Notes: generated by a model from the letters alone, not told the origin. A stretch of 64,000 nt of DNA from an uncultured delta proteobacterium (GCA_963816145.1 CAWFJP010000011.1:320001-384000), one strand, 5' to 3'. Numbered from the stretch's first letter, positions 45,148-55,681 are shown. Program-made: numbers and translations.

Positions 45148-47208
45148 TTAATTCCCATATAGGAATTCCGGCAACCACAGCGTCATGCCGGGCCAGATAT
45201 ACATGCACACCAGACAGAGACAGACGATCAACATGTACGGCATCATGCCGGCAAAGATTTGGTTGAGCGTGACATGCTTGGGCGCCACGCCCTTGAGATA
45301 AAACGCCGACATCGCCACCGGCGGCGACAAGAACGCCGCCTGCAAATTGACCGCGACCATGGTGCCAAATAAAATCGGATCGACATTGAAATGACTCAGC
45401 AGTGGAATGAAGATCGGACAGAAGATCACGATGATCTCGGTCCATTCGAGGGGCCAACCCAGCAAGAAAATGATGATTTGGGAAATAAACAAGAACCCCA
45501 ACGGCGACAAGTTCATGCCAAGCACCCAGCGCTCGATTAAACCTTGGCCACCGTGCAGCGCGAACACGGCGGAGAAAAGTGCCGAGCCGATGAACAGCCA
45601 ACACACCATCGCGGTTGTTTTCGCCGTGAGAAACGTCGCTTCCTTCATATTCTGCCGAAGCTCCGGTGAGGACCTGAGATTCCAGAGCCCCGGTACGAGG
45701 GTGCCCAAGAGCGTTCCGCCGATCGAGGCGGCGACGAGCAGCGACGCAAAATCCTCGCCCTCGTACCAGCCAAGCGCGGCACCGCCAAGCGCGCCGACAA
45801 GACTCCACCATAGAACCTCGCGCAGGTATTTCGTCATGACGGCGAGATACATCGCACCGAGGGCACCGATGGCGGCCGACTCGGTTGCGGTGCAAATGCC
45901 GAACAGGATCACCGCGAGCACCACAAACGTGAGGACTCCGAGGGGCACCACCGATGCCGACAGTTCCTTCAAGATCTCTAGCTGCTCGCTATCCATGCGC
46001 CAGAGATAGACGGCAAGCAGGAGCGCGGAGACCGCCGCCAATCCCCAAAACCATTGGTAGAAATGCGCGGGAACTTTGCCCGCCACCGATTGGGCCGTCG
46101 ACTCCCCGAGCGACGTCATTTCCTCGGGCGGCGCATCCGCCGGGCGCGGAGCCTCGGTCCCTTGCGCTTCGGTTTCCGCCTCTCCGAGTTCCTGTGGCTT
46201 TTCCGCTGCGGGCGCAGGCGCCGCCGCGACCGGCGGCGCCTTAGTGGCCTGAGTCGGTGCGGCGGGTACGGCCACAGGCGTAGTAACGGATGAGGTTTGC
46301 GCCGTCGGGGCGTTGTAGACGACCACATACCACCAAGTCGCGCCATAGGTTCCGACTGTGAGCGCTACCGGTACCATGAGTGCTAGCACGTTGTTTAAGA
46401 TGAGGCCGAAACCTACGGGTTGGCCTTCCGGCGTGATTGCGTCACGCACCAGGCTTGGTCGAAACACAGCGGCGATGAGCCGGGGCACGACGCTTCGTGA
46501 GCGTTTGCTCTCAAGCTGCCTGATCCAATCCGGCACCACGACCCTGTACTGGTCGAGTGGCAGCTTGGGCGCGATCTTCGGATTGATAATCGCCCAGCCG
46601 AGAATATAGACGAGATAGAGGAACGTGAGGAAGAAACCCGGCAGCATGGCAGCGGCATACAGCTTCACGATCGACTGCCCGGCCACCGCGGCATAGACGA
46701 TTATCATCACAGAGGGCGGTATAAGGATGCCCAGAGTGCCGCCAGCGGTGATCACGCCTGAGGCGAGCCTGACGTCGTAGCCGGCATTCAGCATCGGACG
46801 GAACGCGATAACGCCCATGAGCACAACCACGGCGCCGACGATGCCGGAGGCTATCCCCCAGAACGCGGACACTAGCATGGTGGTCACAGCGAGCGAGGCG
46901 GGTACGCCCCGGAAGGCCAGCTGCACGCTGTGAAACATGCGGTCGACCAGCGCAGCGCGTTCCATGATGTAACCCATAAACACGAACAACGGCACCGACA
47001 AGAGCGTGTCGTTAGTCATGACACCGTAAGTGCGCTGGACCATCAGATCGAATGCGCGGTTCTGCCACCAGTGTTGGGCCGGATCCCAAAAAGCGATATA
47101 GCCGAAGATCATGCCTAAGCCCATGAGCGTGAATGCGGTCGGGAAACCCATCATGATCGCCACCACAATGAGACCGAGCATCGTCAGGCCGAGTAGCGGA
47201 TCGCTCAT
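45148..47208 (-). CDS. dctM: TRAP transporter large permease with Pro/Ala-rich insertion
   Basis: VPLFVFMG, GGTLGILIPPS, TATESAA.GA, FLSPP. Confidence 0.9.
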   Translation of the reverse strand: MSDPLLGLTMLGLIVVAIMMGFPTAFTLMGLGMIFGYIAFWDPAQHWWQNRAFDLMVQRTYGVMTNDTLLSVPLFVFMGYIMERAALVDRMFHSVQLAFRGVPASLAVTTMLVSAFWGIASGIVGAVVVLMGVIAFRPMLNAGYDVRLASGVITAGGTLGILIPPSVMIIVYAAVAGQSIVKLYAAAMLPGFFLTFLYLVYILGWAIINPKIAPKLPLDQYRVVVPDWIRQLESKRSRSVVPRLIAAVFRPSLVRDAITPEGQPVGFGLILNNVLALMVPVALTVGTYGATWWYVVVYNAPTAQTSSVTTPVAVPAAPTQATKAPPVAAAPAPAAEKPQELGEAETEAQGTEAPRPADAPPEEMTSLGESTAQSVAGKVPAHFYQWFWGLAAVSALLLAVYLWRMDSEQLEILKELSASVVPLGVLTFVVLAVILFGICTATESAAIGALGAMYLAVMTKYLREVLWWSLVGALGGAALGWYEGEDFASLLVAASIGGTLLGTLVPGLWNLRSSPELRQNMKEATFLTAKTTAMVCWLFIGSALFSAVFALHGGQGLIERWVLGMNLSPLGFLFISQIIIFLLGWPLEWTEIIVIFCPIFIPLLSHFNVDPILFGTMVAVNLQAAFLSPPVAMSAFYLKGVAPKHVTLNQIFAGMMPYMLIVCLCLVCMYIWPGMTLWLPEFLYGN

Positions 47209-47885
47209 GGCTTTTTCTCTTCCTCGTCCATATCCATGGAGCTCCGATGACGCGCCGCATCGTCGATGGCATGTGCCGATCTCATCGTTGCCAGTCGCGA
47301 TTCCTCGTCGATGAATTCGCTATGCGAGAGTTGGGTCTCGATGACGTCAATCTCTTCCACGTCTTCCAAACGCGCCGGCCAGGCGCCGGTCTTGATGCAT
47401 AGAATACAGCGGACAATTTCCGCAAAGCCCTGAAGCATGACAAATGCCCCCGCGATCGGAATAACTGTCTTGAAGTAATAGATCGGCGGACCTTCCGCAG
47501 TTACATTCGAATGCTCGGCGATGCGCCAAGAGTCGGCGGCGTAGCCGTAGCCCGCATAGATGAGTCCCAGTATGCCCGGCACAAAAAATAGAAAATACAA
47601 TACGAGATCGAGCGATGCCTGGGCGCGCGGCTTCAAGTAAATGTAAACAAAGTCGGCGCGTACATGGCCGGCGAGCGCCAAAGTGTAGGCGCCGCACATC
47701 ATGAACAGTGTGCCGTAAAGCATATTATTCAAATCGAAGATCCACGACGTCGGCGCGTTCAAGATGTAGCGCTTGAACACCTCGATGGACACCACCAGGG
47801 TCAATCCCAAGATCAGCCACGCGAACGCCTTGCCGGTCCAGTAACTGATCTGGTCAATAAATCGGATCAATCGTTGCGCGTTCAT
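47205..47885 (-). CDS. dctQ: TRAP transporter small permease
   Basis: EVFKRY..NAPTSW, GHVRADF, 4 TM. Confidence 0.9.
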   Translation of the reverse strand: MNAQRLIRFIDQISYWTGKAFAWLILGLTLVVSIEVFKRYILNAPTSWIFDLNNMLYGTLFMMCGAYTLALAGHVRADFVYIYLKPRAQASLDLVLYFLFFVPGILGLIYAGYGYAADSWRIAEHSNVTAEGPPIYYFKTVIPIAGAFVMLQGFAEIVRCILCIKTGAWPARLEDVEEIDVIETQLSHSEFIDEESRLATMRSAHAIDDAARHRSSMDMDEEEKKP

Positions 47886-47896
47886 GGTTTATCTCG

Positions 47897-47935
47897 AAAA
47901 AAAGCCAGTCATCCGGTTAGCGCCGGATGACTGGC
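47897..47935 (-). terminator. Intra-operon terminator/attenuator between dctP and dctQ
   Basis: Perfect 13-bp stem GCCAGTCATCCGG/CCGGATGACTGGC followed by T7 on the minus strand. Confidence 0.85.
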
Positions 47936-47961
47936 GAATTGCAACAAAGGGGTTATAGAAT

Positions 47962-49128
47962 TTAACCCTTCTTTTCCGCCGGTTTGGCGGCGGGCTTGGC
48001 AAAATAGTGGTTGTAGGCCATTCGGCGGGCTACGTTCGTGTCGAGATCCCACTTGACTGCTCGCGCAGCGAAAGCGCGCTGTGAGGCGGCGACCTCTTTG
48101 AATAGCGGATTCTCAGCCGCCTTCTTCGCCTCCACTTGGTCGAAGACCTCGAGCTGCTTCTGCAGCACCGAGTCCGGCGTCCGGAAGAATCTCACTTTGT
48201 CTTTGCCCTGCAGTTCGATGTAGTCCTTCGAATAGCGGTCGATCGCCTTCCAAGACATATCCGCCGACGCCGCGTCCACCGCGTACGCGATGATCGCCCT
48301 CATCTTTTCCGGCAGCGCATCGAATTTGGTCTTGTTGAACAAAATCTCAAATTGCTCGGCGTTCTGATGGTAGCTCTGCAACATGCAAACCTTGGAGACA
48401 TCGGCGAAGCCCAGCGCGCGGTCTGACGACGCGTTATTGAACTCGGCGGCATCGAGCAGTCCCCGGTCCATCGCCGGAACAATTTCGCCGCCCGGCAGCG
48501 CATTCACTGCGGCGCCCATGCCTTGAAAGAGATCGATGGAGATACCGACCGTGCGGAACTTCATGCCCTTGAAATCATCTGGTTTCGTGACCGGCTTCTT
48601 GTACCAGCCGAGCGGCTGGGTCGGCATCGGGCCGTACGGAAATGAGACTACATTGGCGCCGAGCGAGTTGTAGATTTTGTTGAGCAGCTCCTTGCCGCCG
48701 CCGTATTTGTGCCAGGAGAGGATCATGTTGGCATCCATGCCATAAGCAGGACTCGAACCCCAGAGCGCGAGCGCCGTCTGCTTGCCGTAATGGTAGGAGA
48801 GCACACCATGAGCCCCATCGAGCGTCCCCTTCGACACCGCGTCAAGCACACCAAAGGCCGGCACTACTGCGCCCGCGGGCAGAACTTCGATCTTGAGATC
48901 GCCGCCCGTCATGTCAACGACCTTTTTGGCGAAGTCGAGGGCAAACTCGTGAAAAATATCTTTGGACGGCCAAGTGCTCTGCCAGCGCATTGAAGTCGCG
49001 CCTTGTGCCTTCACGATGGTGGGGAAACCGAGCACTGCCGCGCCGCCCGCGGCGATAGCAGCTTTCAGAACGTTGCGCCGTGAAACTTTCTTCGCTTCTG
49101 ATGTCTCAATCTGTGGTTCTTCCGACAT
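47962..49128 (-). CDS. dctP: TRAP substrate-binding protein (TakP-like, Tat signal)
   Basis: SRRNVLK twin-arginine motif, WQSTWP, GMKFRT.G, RG.LDAAEF. Confidence 0.92.
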   Translation of the reverse strand: MSEEPQIETSEAKKVSRRNVLKAAIAAGGAAVLGFPTIVKAQGATSMRWQSTWPSKDIFHEFALDFAKKVVDMTGGDLKIEVLPAGAVVPAFGVLDAVSKGTLDGAHGVLSYHYGKQTALALWGSSPAYGMDANMILSWHKYGGGKELLNKIYNSLGANVVSFPYGPMPTQPLGWYKKPVTKPDDFKGMKFRTVGISIDLFQGMGAAVNALPGGEIVPAMDRGLLDAAEFNNASSDRALGFADVSKVCMLQSYHQNAEQFEILFNKTKFDALPEKMRAIIAYAVDAASADMSWKAIDRYSKDYIELQGKDKVRFFRTPDSVLQKQLEVFDQVEAKKAAENPLFKEVAASQRAFAARAVKWDLDTNVARRMAYNHYFAKPAAKPAEKKG

Positions 49129-49245
49129 AGTCAGCCTCCTAGTGAAAACAAACGTTGTAAGCTTATATTACAGGCAGCTTAAGTTAGTCAAACTTGGTAG
49201 GCTCAGGTTGACACCCTATTTCGCTCTCAGCTACGGTTGCCACAC

Positions 49246-50682
49246 ATGGATAGGCGAGAATTGATTCTTGAACTACAGCGCATCGTTGGAACGCAGCACG
49301 TACTCATCGAGCGAGAGGACGTGATCGTCTACGAGCAGGACGGTTCGATCTTTCAGGTCATGCCGGAAATCGTCGTCGTGCCGGCCTACGTCGAAGAAGT
49401 CGCCGCGGTGGTCAAAGCGGCCAAGCACGCCAATGTGCCGATCGTGCCGCGCGGCTCGGGTACGGGCTTGGCGGGCGGCGCGGTACCGGCCGAAGGCGGT
49501 ATCATTCTGTCGCTGTCGCGGTTAAATCGCATTGTCAAAATCGATCTGGAAAATCGTATCGCCGTCGTCGAGCCCGGCGTGATCAACCTCGACGTAACGA
49601 AAGCCGTCGCCGGAGACGGCTTTTTTTACGCGCCCGACCCGAGCAGCCAGGCCGCTTGCTCCATCGGCGGTAACGTCGCGAATAATTCCGGCGGCCCGCA
49701 TACTCTCGCCTATGGCGTCACGACCAACCATGTATTAGGCGTCGAAGTCGTCCTCGACGACGGTGCAATCGTCTGGCTTGGCGGCGAAGTGCCGGACACG
49801 CCGGGCTACGATCTCTGCGGCGTTTTCGTCGGCTCCGAAGGCACCATGGGCATTGTAACGAAAATCGCCGTCAAACTTATGCGGACGCGCGAATCCGTGC
49901 GCACCTTGCTCGCAATCTTCAACGACATGGACTGCGCTACCAAAACCGTCGTCGATATCACCTCGGCAGGAATCATTCCGGCGGCGCTGGAAATCATGGA
50001 CCAAGTCGCCATCGACGCGGTCGAGCGTGGCGCACCGGTGGGCTTTCCCCGCGACGCCGCCGCAGTGCTGATCGTCGAAGTCGAAGGGCTGAGCCAACAC
50101 ACCGACCGGTCGATACATCTCGCTAGTGAGGTATGTCAACGCAACGGCGCCCGTGAAGTGCGCGTTGCCAAGGACGAAAGCGAAAGACAACTTATATGGA
50201 AAGGCCGCAAGGGCGCCTTCGGCGCCATGGGTACATTGGCACCCAATTACTACGTCCAAGACGGCGTCGTGCCGCGCAGCCAGTTACCCGAGATGATGCG
50301 CCGCGTCGCCGCCATCAGCAAAGAATTTAGCTTGAAGATCGCTAATGTGTTTCACGCCGGTGACGGCAATCTTCACCCGAACATACTTTTCGATATGCGC
50401 ACACCCGGCGAGTTGGAGCGCGTCATTGCAGCCGGCGCGGCGACCCTGCGCGCCTGCGTCGAATTGGGTGGCAGCATCACCGGCGAACATGGCGTCGGCA
50501 TGGAAAAAAAGGCTTATATCGGTCTGTTATTCAACGACACCGATCTCTCCGCCATGACCCGGGTGCGCCAAGCCTTCGACCCCGACAACCGTTTCAATCC
50601 GGCAAAACTTTTCCCGAGCCCGGCGAGCTGTGGCGAGGTGCGATTGAAGCCGGCAATGATTCCGGCAGGATTATGGAAATAA
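49246..50682 (+). CDS. glcD: Glycolate oxidase FAD subunit GlcD-like
   Basis: RGSGTGLAGG, APDPSSQ.AC.IGGN, HAGDGNLH, GEHGVG. Confidence 0.9.
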   Translation: MDRRELILELQRIVGTQHVLIEREDVIVYEQDGSIFQVMPEIVVVPAYVEEVAAVVKAAKHANVPIVPRGSGTGLAGGAVPAEGGIILSLSRLNRIVKIDLENRIAVVEPGVINLDVTKAVAGDGFFYAPDPSSQAACSIGGNVANNSGGPHTLAYGVTTNHVLGVEVVLDDGAIVWLGGEVPDTPGYDLCGVFVGSEGTMGIVTKIAVKLMRTRESVRTLLAIFNDMDCATKTVVDITSAGIIPAALEIMDQVAIDAVERGAPVGFPRDAAAVLIVEVEGLSQHTDRSIHLASEVCQRNGAREVRVAKDESERQLIWKGRKGAFGAMGTLAPNYYVQDGVVPRSQLPEMMRRVAAISKEFSLKIANVFHAGDGNLHPNILFDMRTPGELERVIAAGAATLRACVELGGSITGEHGVGMEKKAYIGLLFNDTDLSAMTRVRQAFDPDNRFNPAKLFPSPASCGEVRLKPAMIPAGLWK

Positions 50683-50688
50683 CTGATT

Positions 50689-50753
50689 GGTTTCTCGTTC
50701 TGCGTTTTGGCTTTCGAGTCAAGAACACAAACTCGTACCCCGAAAACCGAAAC
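50689..50753. repeat. Degenerate inverted 7-mer arrays (GTTTCGG/CCGAAAC-type) between glcD and glcF
   Basis: ggtttct-cgttctg-cgttttg-gctttcg ... aacacaa-actcgta-ccccgaa-aaccgaa-ac. Confidence 0.55.
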
Positions 50754-50769
50754 AGAATTGAGGTTATCA

Positions 50770-52074
50770 TTGGCGCACACGCACCATATACCAGATGATA
50801 CTCACGGCGCGACAGTGCCAAGTTTGAACCTTGCCGAACTGTACCAATGCGTCCACTGCGGTTTATGCTTGAACCAGTGTCCGACCTATCGCGTCACCCG
50901 TCTCGAAACCGAATCGCCGCGCGGCCGAATTCATCTGGTCAAAGCGGCGGCCGATGGGCGCATCGAGTTGAACGACCGTTTCAAAGAGCATCTGCAACTT
51001 TGCCTGCTCTGCCGCGCCTGCGAGTCCGCCTGTCCGTCCGGCGTACAATATGGCCGCATCGCCGAAACCGCGCGTGAGCATATCGGTCCGCCAGGCTCGC
51101 CGATAGTCAAAGCGCTCTTGAACTTTGTCTTCACTCAGCTGCTGCCCCATGCCGGCAGGTTGAAGTTAGTCTTCACGCTCCTGCGCCTGTACCAGCGCAG
51201 CGGTCTGCAGAAACTCGCGTGCCTGTTGATGCCCGCGAAGCTACGCGCCATGGATGCCATGTTGCCGGCGATTCCGGCAACATTTTTTCAGCCGGCCGCG
51301 AATGTTCTACCCGCCATCGGCCCGCGCCGCGCCCGCGTCGCCATGCTCAATGGCTGCGTCATGCCGCTGCTCTTCGGCGACGTGAACGACGCCACGGTCC
51401 GGGTGCTGCGGCGCAGCGGCTGCGAAGTGATATTTCCCGAGCAGCAGCTCTGCTGCGGCGCCTTGAACATACACAACGGCGAAACGGTTGCAGCGAAAAC
51501 CATGGCCCGGCGCAACATCGATGCGTTTCTCGAAGCCGGTGCCGATGCCATTGTCGTCAACGCCGCCGGCTGCGGCGCGGCGATGAAGGAATATGACTTC
51601 TTATTGCGCGAAGACACGGTCTACGCCGAGAAAGCCAAACGCTTCTCCGCCCTGGTCAAAGACGCCGCAGAATTTCTCGCCGGGCTTGGGCTAGTTGGCG
51701 ACTTAAAGCCGATCCATTTAACCGTTACCTACCAAGATCCCTGTCACCTGGCCCATGGGCAAAAAATCCGCCGCCAACCGCGCGAGCTGCTGCAAGCGAT
51801 CCCCGGACTAAAACTGATCGAGATGGACGGCTCCGACCGCTGCTGCGGCAGCGCCGGCATTTATAACCTGACTCACGCCGGCATCTCGCAACAGCTACTT
51901 AAGGAGAAAATGCAGGCCGTCAGCGCGGCGAACGCCGACGCCATCGTCGCGCCCAATCCCGGCTGCATGCTGCAACTTCGCTTCGGCGCGCGGCGCTACG
52001 GACCAAATTTGCCGGTCTATCACTTGATGGATCTGCTCGATCGCGCTTACGGCGAGTCGCCGGTGCAATCATGA
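50770..52074 (+). CDS. glcF: Glycolate oxidase Fe-S subunit GlcF-like
   Basis: CVHCGLCLNQCP, CLLCRACESACP, two CCG domains; TTG start after GAGG. Confidence 0.9.
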   Translation: MAHTHHIPDDTHGATVPSLNLAELYQCVHCGLCLNQCPTYRVTRLETESPRGRIHLVKAAADGRIELNDRFKEHLQLCLLCRACESACPSGVQYGRIAETAREHIGPPGSPIVKALLNFVFTQLLPHAGRLKLVFTLLRLYQRSGLQKLACLLMPAKLRAMDAMLPAIPATFFQPAANVLPAIGPRRARVAMLNGCVMPLLFGDVNDATVRVLRRSGCEVIFPEQQLCCGALNIHNGETVAAKTMARRNIDAFLEAGADAIVVNAAGCGAAMKEYDFLLREDTVYAEKAKRFSALVKDAAEFLAGLGLVGDLKPIHLTVTYQDPCHLAHGQKIRRQPRELLQAIPGLKLIEMDGSDRCCGSAGIYNLTHAGISQQLLKEKMQAVSAANADAIVAPNPGCMLQLRFGARRYGPNLPVYHLMDLLDRAYGESPVQS

Positions 52075-53357
52075 AGGTTTCTACTGAGGAGCTTACCGAG
52101 CGCCTATCGGCGAGTCTCGGTAGCGAAGCAATCACTGCTGAGGAAAGTCAACTTGCAGAACACGCGGTCGATGGCGCTATGCCGAAATTGATCTGCACGC
52201 CTGCCACGGCGGAACAGGTGGCCGCCGCCGTGAGAATTTGCTCTGAAGCTCAGGCAACCCTCGCGCCCTGGGGTGGCGGCACAGCGATGATCTTGGGCAA
52301 TCCGCCGCGCACACTCGATGTCGTCGTAAAATCTACTCGGCTCAACCGAGTCATCGACCACGACCACGCCAACCTAACAGCGACGGTGCAAAGCGGCATC
52401 ACACTAAACGCTCTACAATCGGCTCTCGCACCGCACAAGCAGTTCGTTCCCTTCGACCCGCCGTTGCCAGGGCGCTCGACCGTCGGTGGCATCGTCGCGG
52501 CAAATCTGAATGGTCCACGGCGCAGCAGTTACGGCAGCGTGCGCGACTTGGTCATCGGCATGAGAGTTGTCCTCGCCTCAGGCGAAACCATCAAAGCCGG
52601 CGGCAAAGTCGTCAAAAATGTCGCCGGCTACGACATGTGCAAACTGTTCACCGGGTCGCTCGGAACGCTGGGAATCATCAGCGAAGTCACCTTGAGAGTG
52701 GCGCCGATCCCAGCTCATTCGGCGACGGTGATCGCTACCGGCACACTGGCGAACGCGGTACAATGTGCCAGTCAGTTGACGCGCACCAAACTGCTGCCGA
52801 CCGCGGTCTATCTCCGCAACTCTAATGGCGCAGCGTCATGGCGAGTGGCGGTCAGTTTCGACGGCTTCGCCGAGACCGTCGCCCGCCAGACCAGCGAGCT
52901 GATGGAAATCGCGCAGCGACTGGGTCTGACGCAAGAAGTCATCGATGGCGCAAGACAGCAGAATTTTTGGCAAGCAATGGCCGATCTGCCCGTCAGCCAA
53001 GACCGCCTGATCTATCGCCTTACCGTCCCGCGCGACGCCCTCACGCAAGCCATTTCGACAATCATTGGCTGGATAAAAGTTGAACCGGCACCGGCGATCT
53101 GCGCTGATGTTGCTATGGGAACCCTGTGGTTAGTTGTGCCGGCCAATCAGGAGACCGTTGATTTGTTTCCCCGCCTGATCGCTTTGGCGCAAGAGCAGCG
53201 CGGTCACGCGATCGTCTTCGCCGCGCCGGCACCGGTAAAAAAAGCTATCGATGTCTGGGGCCCGACCACACCAGCTCACACGCTGATGCGTAAGATCAAG
53301 CAAGAATTCGATCCAATCGGGCTGTTCAACCCTGGGCGCTATATCGGCGGGCTATAA
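52071..53357 (+). CDS. glcE: Glycolate oxidase FAD-binding subunit GlcE-like
   Basis: GGKVVKNVAGYD..KL..GSLGTLG, FDP..LFNPGR. Confidence 0.9.
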   Translation: MKVSTEELTERLSASLGSEAITAEESQLAEHAVDGAMPKLICTPATAEQVAAAVRICSEAQATLAPWGGGTAMILGNPPRTLDVVVKSTRLNRVIDHDHANLTATVQSGITLNALQSALAPHKQFVPFDPPLPGRSTVGGIVAANLNGPRRSSYGSVRDLVIGMRVVLASGETIKAGGKVVKNVAGYDMCKLFTGSLGTLGIISEVTLRVAPIPAHSATVIATGTLANAVQCASQLTRTKLLPTAVYLRNSNGAASWRVAVSFDGFAETVARQTSELMEIAQRLGLTQEVIDGARQQNFWQAMADLPVSQDRLIYRLTVPRDALTQAISTIIGWIKVEPAPAICADVAMGTLWLVVPANQETVDLFPRLIALAQEQRGHAIVFAAPAPVKKAIDVWGPTTPAHTLMRKIKQEFDPIGLFNPGRYIGGL

Positions 53358-53364
53358 GACGCGA

Positions 53365-53393
53365 GGGCAACCACAGGGGGGTTGCCCCCTACA
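53365..53393. repeat. REP-like hairpin (GGGCAACC..GGTTGCCCCCTAC)
   Basis: 8-bp stem ending in CCTAC (GTAG-type REP signature), between convergent genes. Confidence 0.65.
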
Positions 53394-53459
53394 AGTCTGA
53401 TTCTTTTTTTGCGTTCTTCGCGCTTTGCGGTTAATCTCCCGAATCCGAACCGTCACCGC

Positions 53460-53963
53460 TTAGAAAAACCGCACTACCCAATCGCCAAACCAGTTGTCGA
53501 TGCCATAAGCCGCGCTGCCTTTGATGGCGAAATAGATCGCCGCAACGAGAAACACCAGATTATCGCGCAGGCCCACCTCATGGGCATGATAGGACTGCCG
53601 GTCGAAGGAGCGAAAGTAACCCTGGGCTTTGTCATCTTGGATCGCCGCGATGACCACCGGCACCATGGTCGGCAGGACTTTCAACCAATGCCAATGCAGC
53701 CCAAAAGTTGGTATCAGGAATATGACGATCATCACCGCGCAAATCGGGGTTTGGATTCCCGCTGCCAAACCAAAACCGCCGACGACCATTAGAATGGTTG
53801 CCAGGAATCCGAAAAAAGTCGCACCCCTGGGAAAAAGAATGCTGGCGGTGTTCACCGGGTTGGGCCAGCGGGCGACGTTGCTAATCCCGCTGATTAACAT
53901 GCGCCAGCCCAAAATCACCCGCAATAACGCCTCCACAACCAAAATTAATGTTGAAGTATCCAA
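53460..53963 (-). CDS. DoxX family membrane protein
   Basis: LLRVILG, four hydrophobic segments, GSAAYGID; SD GGAGG before TTG. Confidence 0.75.
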   Translation of the reverse strand: MDTSTLILVVEALLRVILGWRMLISGISNVARWPNPVNTASILFPRGATFFGFLATILMVVGGFGLAAGIQTPICAVMIVIFLIPTFGLHWHWLKVLPTMVPVVIAAIQDDKAQGYFRSFDRQSYHAHEVGLRDNLVFLVAAIYFAIKGSAAYGIDNWFGDWVVRFF

Positions 53964-54201
53964 AGTAGCCCGCCTCCTAAGATCAGGGAAAGAAATTTCG
54001 CCGCACTATAGTCAGCCTGAGCAGTACCGTCAAATAGCTGGCAAGAAAGGACAATAACCGGCCAGCGCATCATGCCAACAGCCAATCAAGACAGCCGCCC
54101 TCTCTGTTTTGAACTTCAGAACTGTCTTTGAAATTCCTTAAAATTGATTGTTTCTACCAAATAATTTCTTTAGAATGCAGCGTTCCCACCGCTACAAGTA
54201 G

Positions 54202-54217
54202 TGGCATGTCGGTTGCT
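54202..54217 (+). promoter_or_regulatory. Putative sigma54 promoter of the lytic transglycosylase gene
   Basis: TGGCATGTCGGTTGCT (GG-N10-GC) ending ~33 nt before the ATG, which has SD AAGGAGGT. Confidence 0.65.
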
Positions 54218-54250
54218 CACGCTAATGCTGGCATGAAAAAGGAGGTGGCG

Positions 54251-55516
54251 ATGAAACATTTGTCACGTTGGCTACTGACCCTTTTGATCTCTCACTTGGC
54301 ATTCCTGCCAGTTCAAGCGATGGCTCAACAGAGCTCATCCACGGCCAATCCGTTCCCAGTACCGGCCGGTTTGGAACCGGCCATCGAGTTCTGGAAAAAA
54401 ATCTTCACCGAATACAGCTTCAGTCAGTTGGTCTTCTTCGATCCGCTCGACATGAGCAAGATCTACGAGGTCGTCGAGGTTGGCGAGGATAGCCGCACGA
54501 ATCAGTTCATCGATGGCGAGAGAGCGCGCCTTGCCGCCGCCAACGGCGTCGATATCGAGCGCGTCAAAGCCCAACGCGGCGTGCGCGAACGGACCGCGGA
54601 CGGCCTGAAGCGCGCTGGCCGCTATCTGGCGCAAATGCAGCAAGTGTTCATCGACCGCGGCCTGCCGCCAGAATTGAGTTACCTGCCGGTGGTCGAGTCT
54701 TCTTACGACATGAGCGCCCGTTCGTTCGTCGGCGCCGTCGGCATCTGGCAGTTCATGCCCGCCACCGGTCGAAGCTACATGCGCGTCGACAGGCTGATCG
54801 ACGAACGCCGAGATCCGCTCGAATCGACTCGCGCCGCTGCCGCTTATTTGGACCAAGCTTATGGATCTCTGGGCAGCTGGCCCTTAGCGATCACTTCATA
54901 CAACTATGGCCAAGCAGGTATGGCGCGCGCCGTGGCGGAAATCGGCTCGAGCAATCTGATCGACTTGATTCAACGCTACAACCATCCCTATTGGGGCTTT
55001 GCGCCAAAGCATTTTTATGCGGAGTTTCTCGCGGCGGTGGAAATCGGCAGGAACTTCACTCAATACTTTCCCGGTATCGAACAGGACGCGCCGCAAAAAA
55101 TTCAGGAAGTCACCCTGGCGAGCCATACATCACTCAGCACCGCGGTTAGATCTACCGGTCTCAGCCAGGACGAATTCATGGAGTGGAATCCCGCCCTGTC
55201 GGCCAACGTCCGCGTTTTGCCAGCCGGTTACCGCGTCAAGCTGCCGGCCGACCGGTCCGTTGAGCCCATCGTAGAAGTCGCCCAAGTGAACTATCAAGCG
55301 CCTGCCGCCGCACCGCGCCGGGTGGCATCGGCCCAGTCGCAGCAGCGACAAGCAGCGAATACTCAAGTCATCCATCACCTCGTCCAGCGCGGCGAAACGC
55401 TGATCCAGATCGCCCAACGCTACGGCGCTTCAGTGCAGCGAATTCTGCAGATGAACGGGATTCGCCAAGCGCACCTGGTAAGAGCTGGCATCACTTTGCG
55501 CATTCCGAGATTGTAA
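54251..55516 (+). CDS. MltD-like lytic transglycosylase with LysM domains
   Basis: LPVVESS, GAVGIWQFM..T, DERRDP, LAITSYN.G; C-terminal H.V.RGETL..IA.RYG. Confidence 0.92.
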   Translation: MKHLSRWLLTLLISHLAFLPVQAMAQQSSSTANPFPVPAGLEPAIEFWKKIFTEYSFSQLVFFDPLDMSKIYEVVEVGEDSRTNQFIDGERARLAAANGVDIERVKAQRGVRERTADGLKRAGRYLAQMQQVFIDRGLPPELSYLPVVESSYDMSARSFVGAVGIWQFMPATGRSYMRVDRLIDERRDPLESTRAAAAYLDQAYGSLGSWPLAITSYNYGQAGMARAVAEIGSSNLIDLIQRYNHPYWGFAPKHFYAEFLAAVEIGRNFTQYFPGIEQDAPQKIQEVTLASHTSLSTAVRSTGLSQDEFMEWNPALSANVRVLPAGYRVKLPADRSVEPIVEVAQVNYQAPAAAPRRVASAQSQQRQAANTQVIHHLVQRGETLIQIAQRYGASVQRILQMNGIRQAHLVRAGITLRIPRL

Positions 55517-55681
55517 AACCAAACGCTCCGTCAGCGAATCTTGATTATGCAATTCAAGGCCGAACCTCCTCCCGGGGTTCGGCCTTGTCGCTTCCGGCCA
55601 AAACTTCCCGGCGCCTTCACACGATGGTTTTCCCGGCAGAACATTGACAAGCTTTCCCGCCGGCCCACTATAGTCACTGTC

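Noticed and set aside
55644-55674. TTGACA...TATAGT promoter before the NMT1-like SBP
   Set aside because: The 19-nt spacer is suboptimal and the start codon is uncertain, so it is not called.
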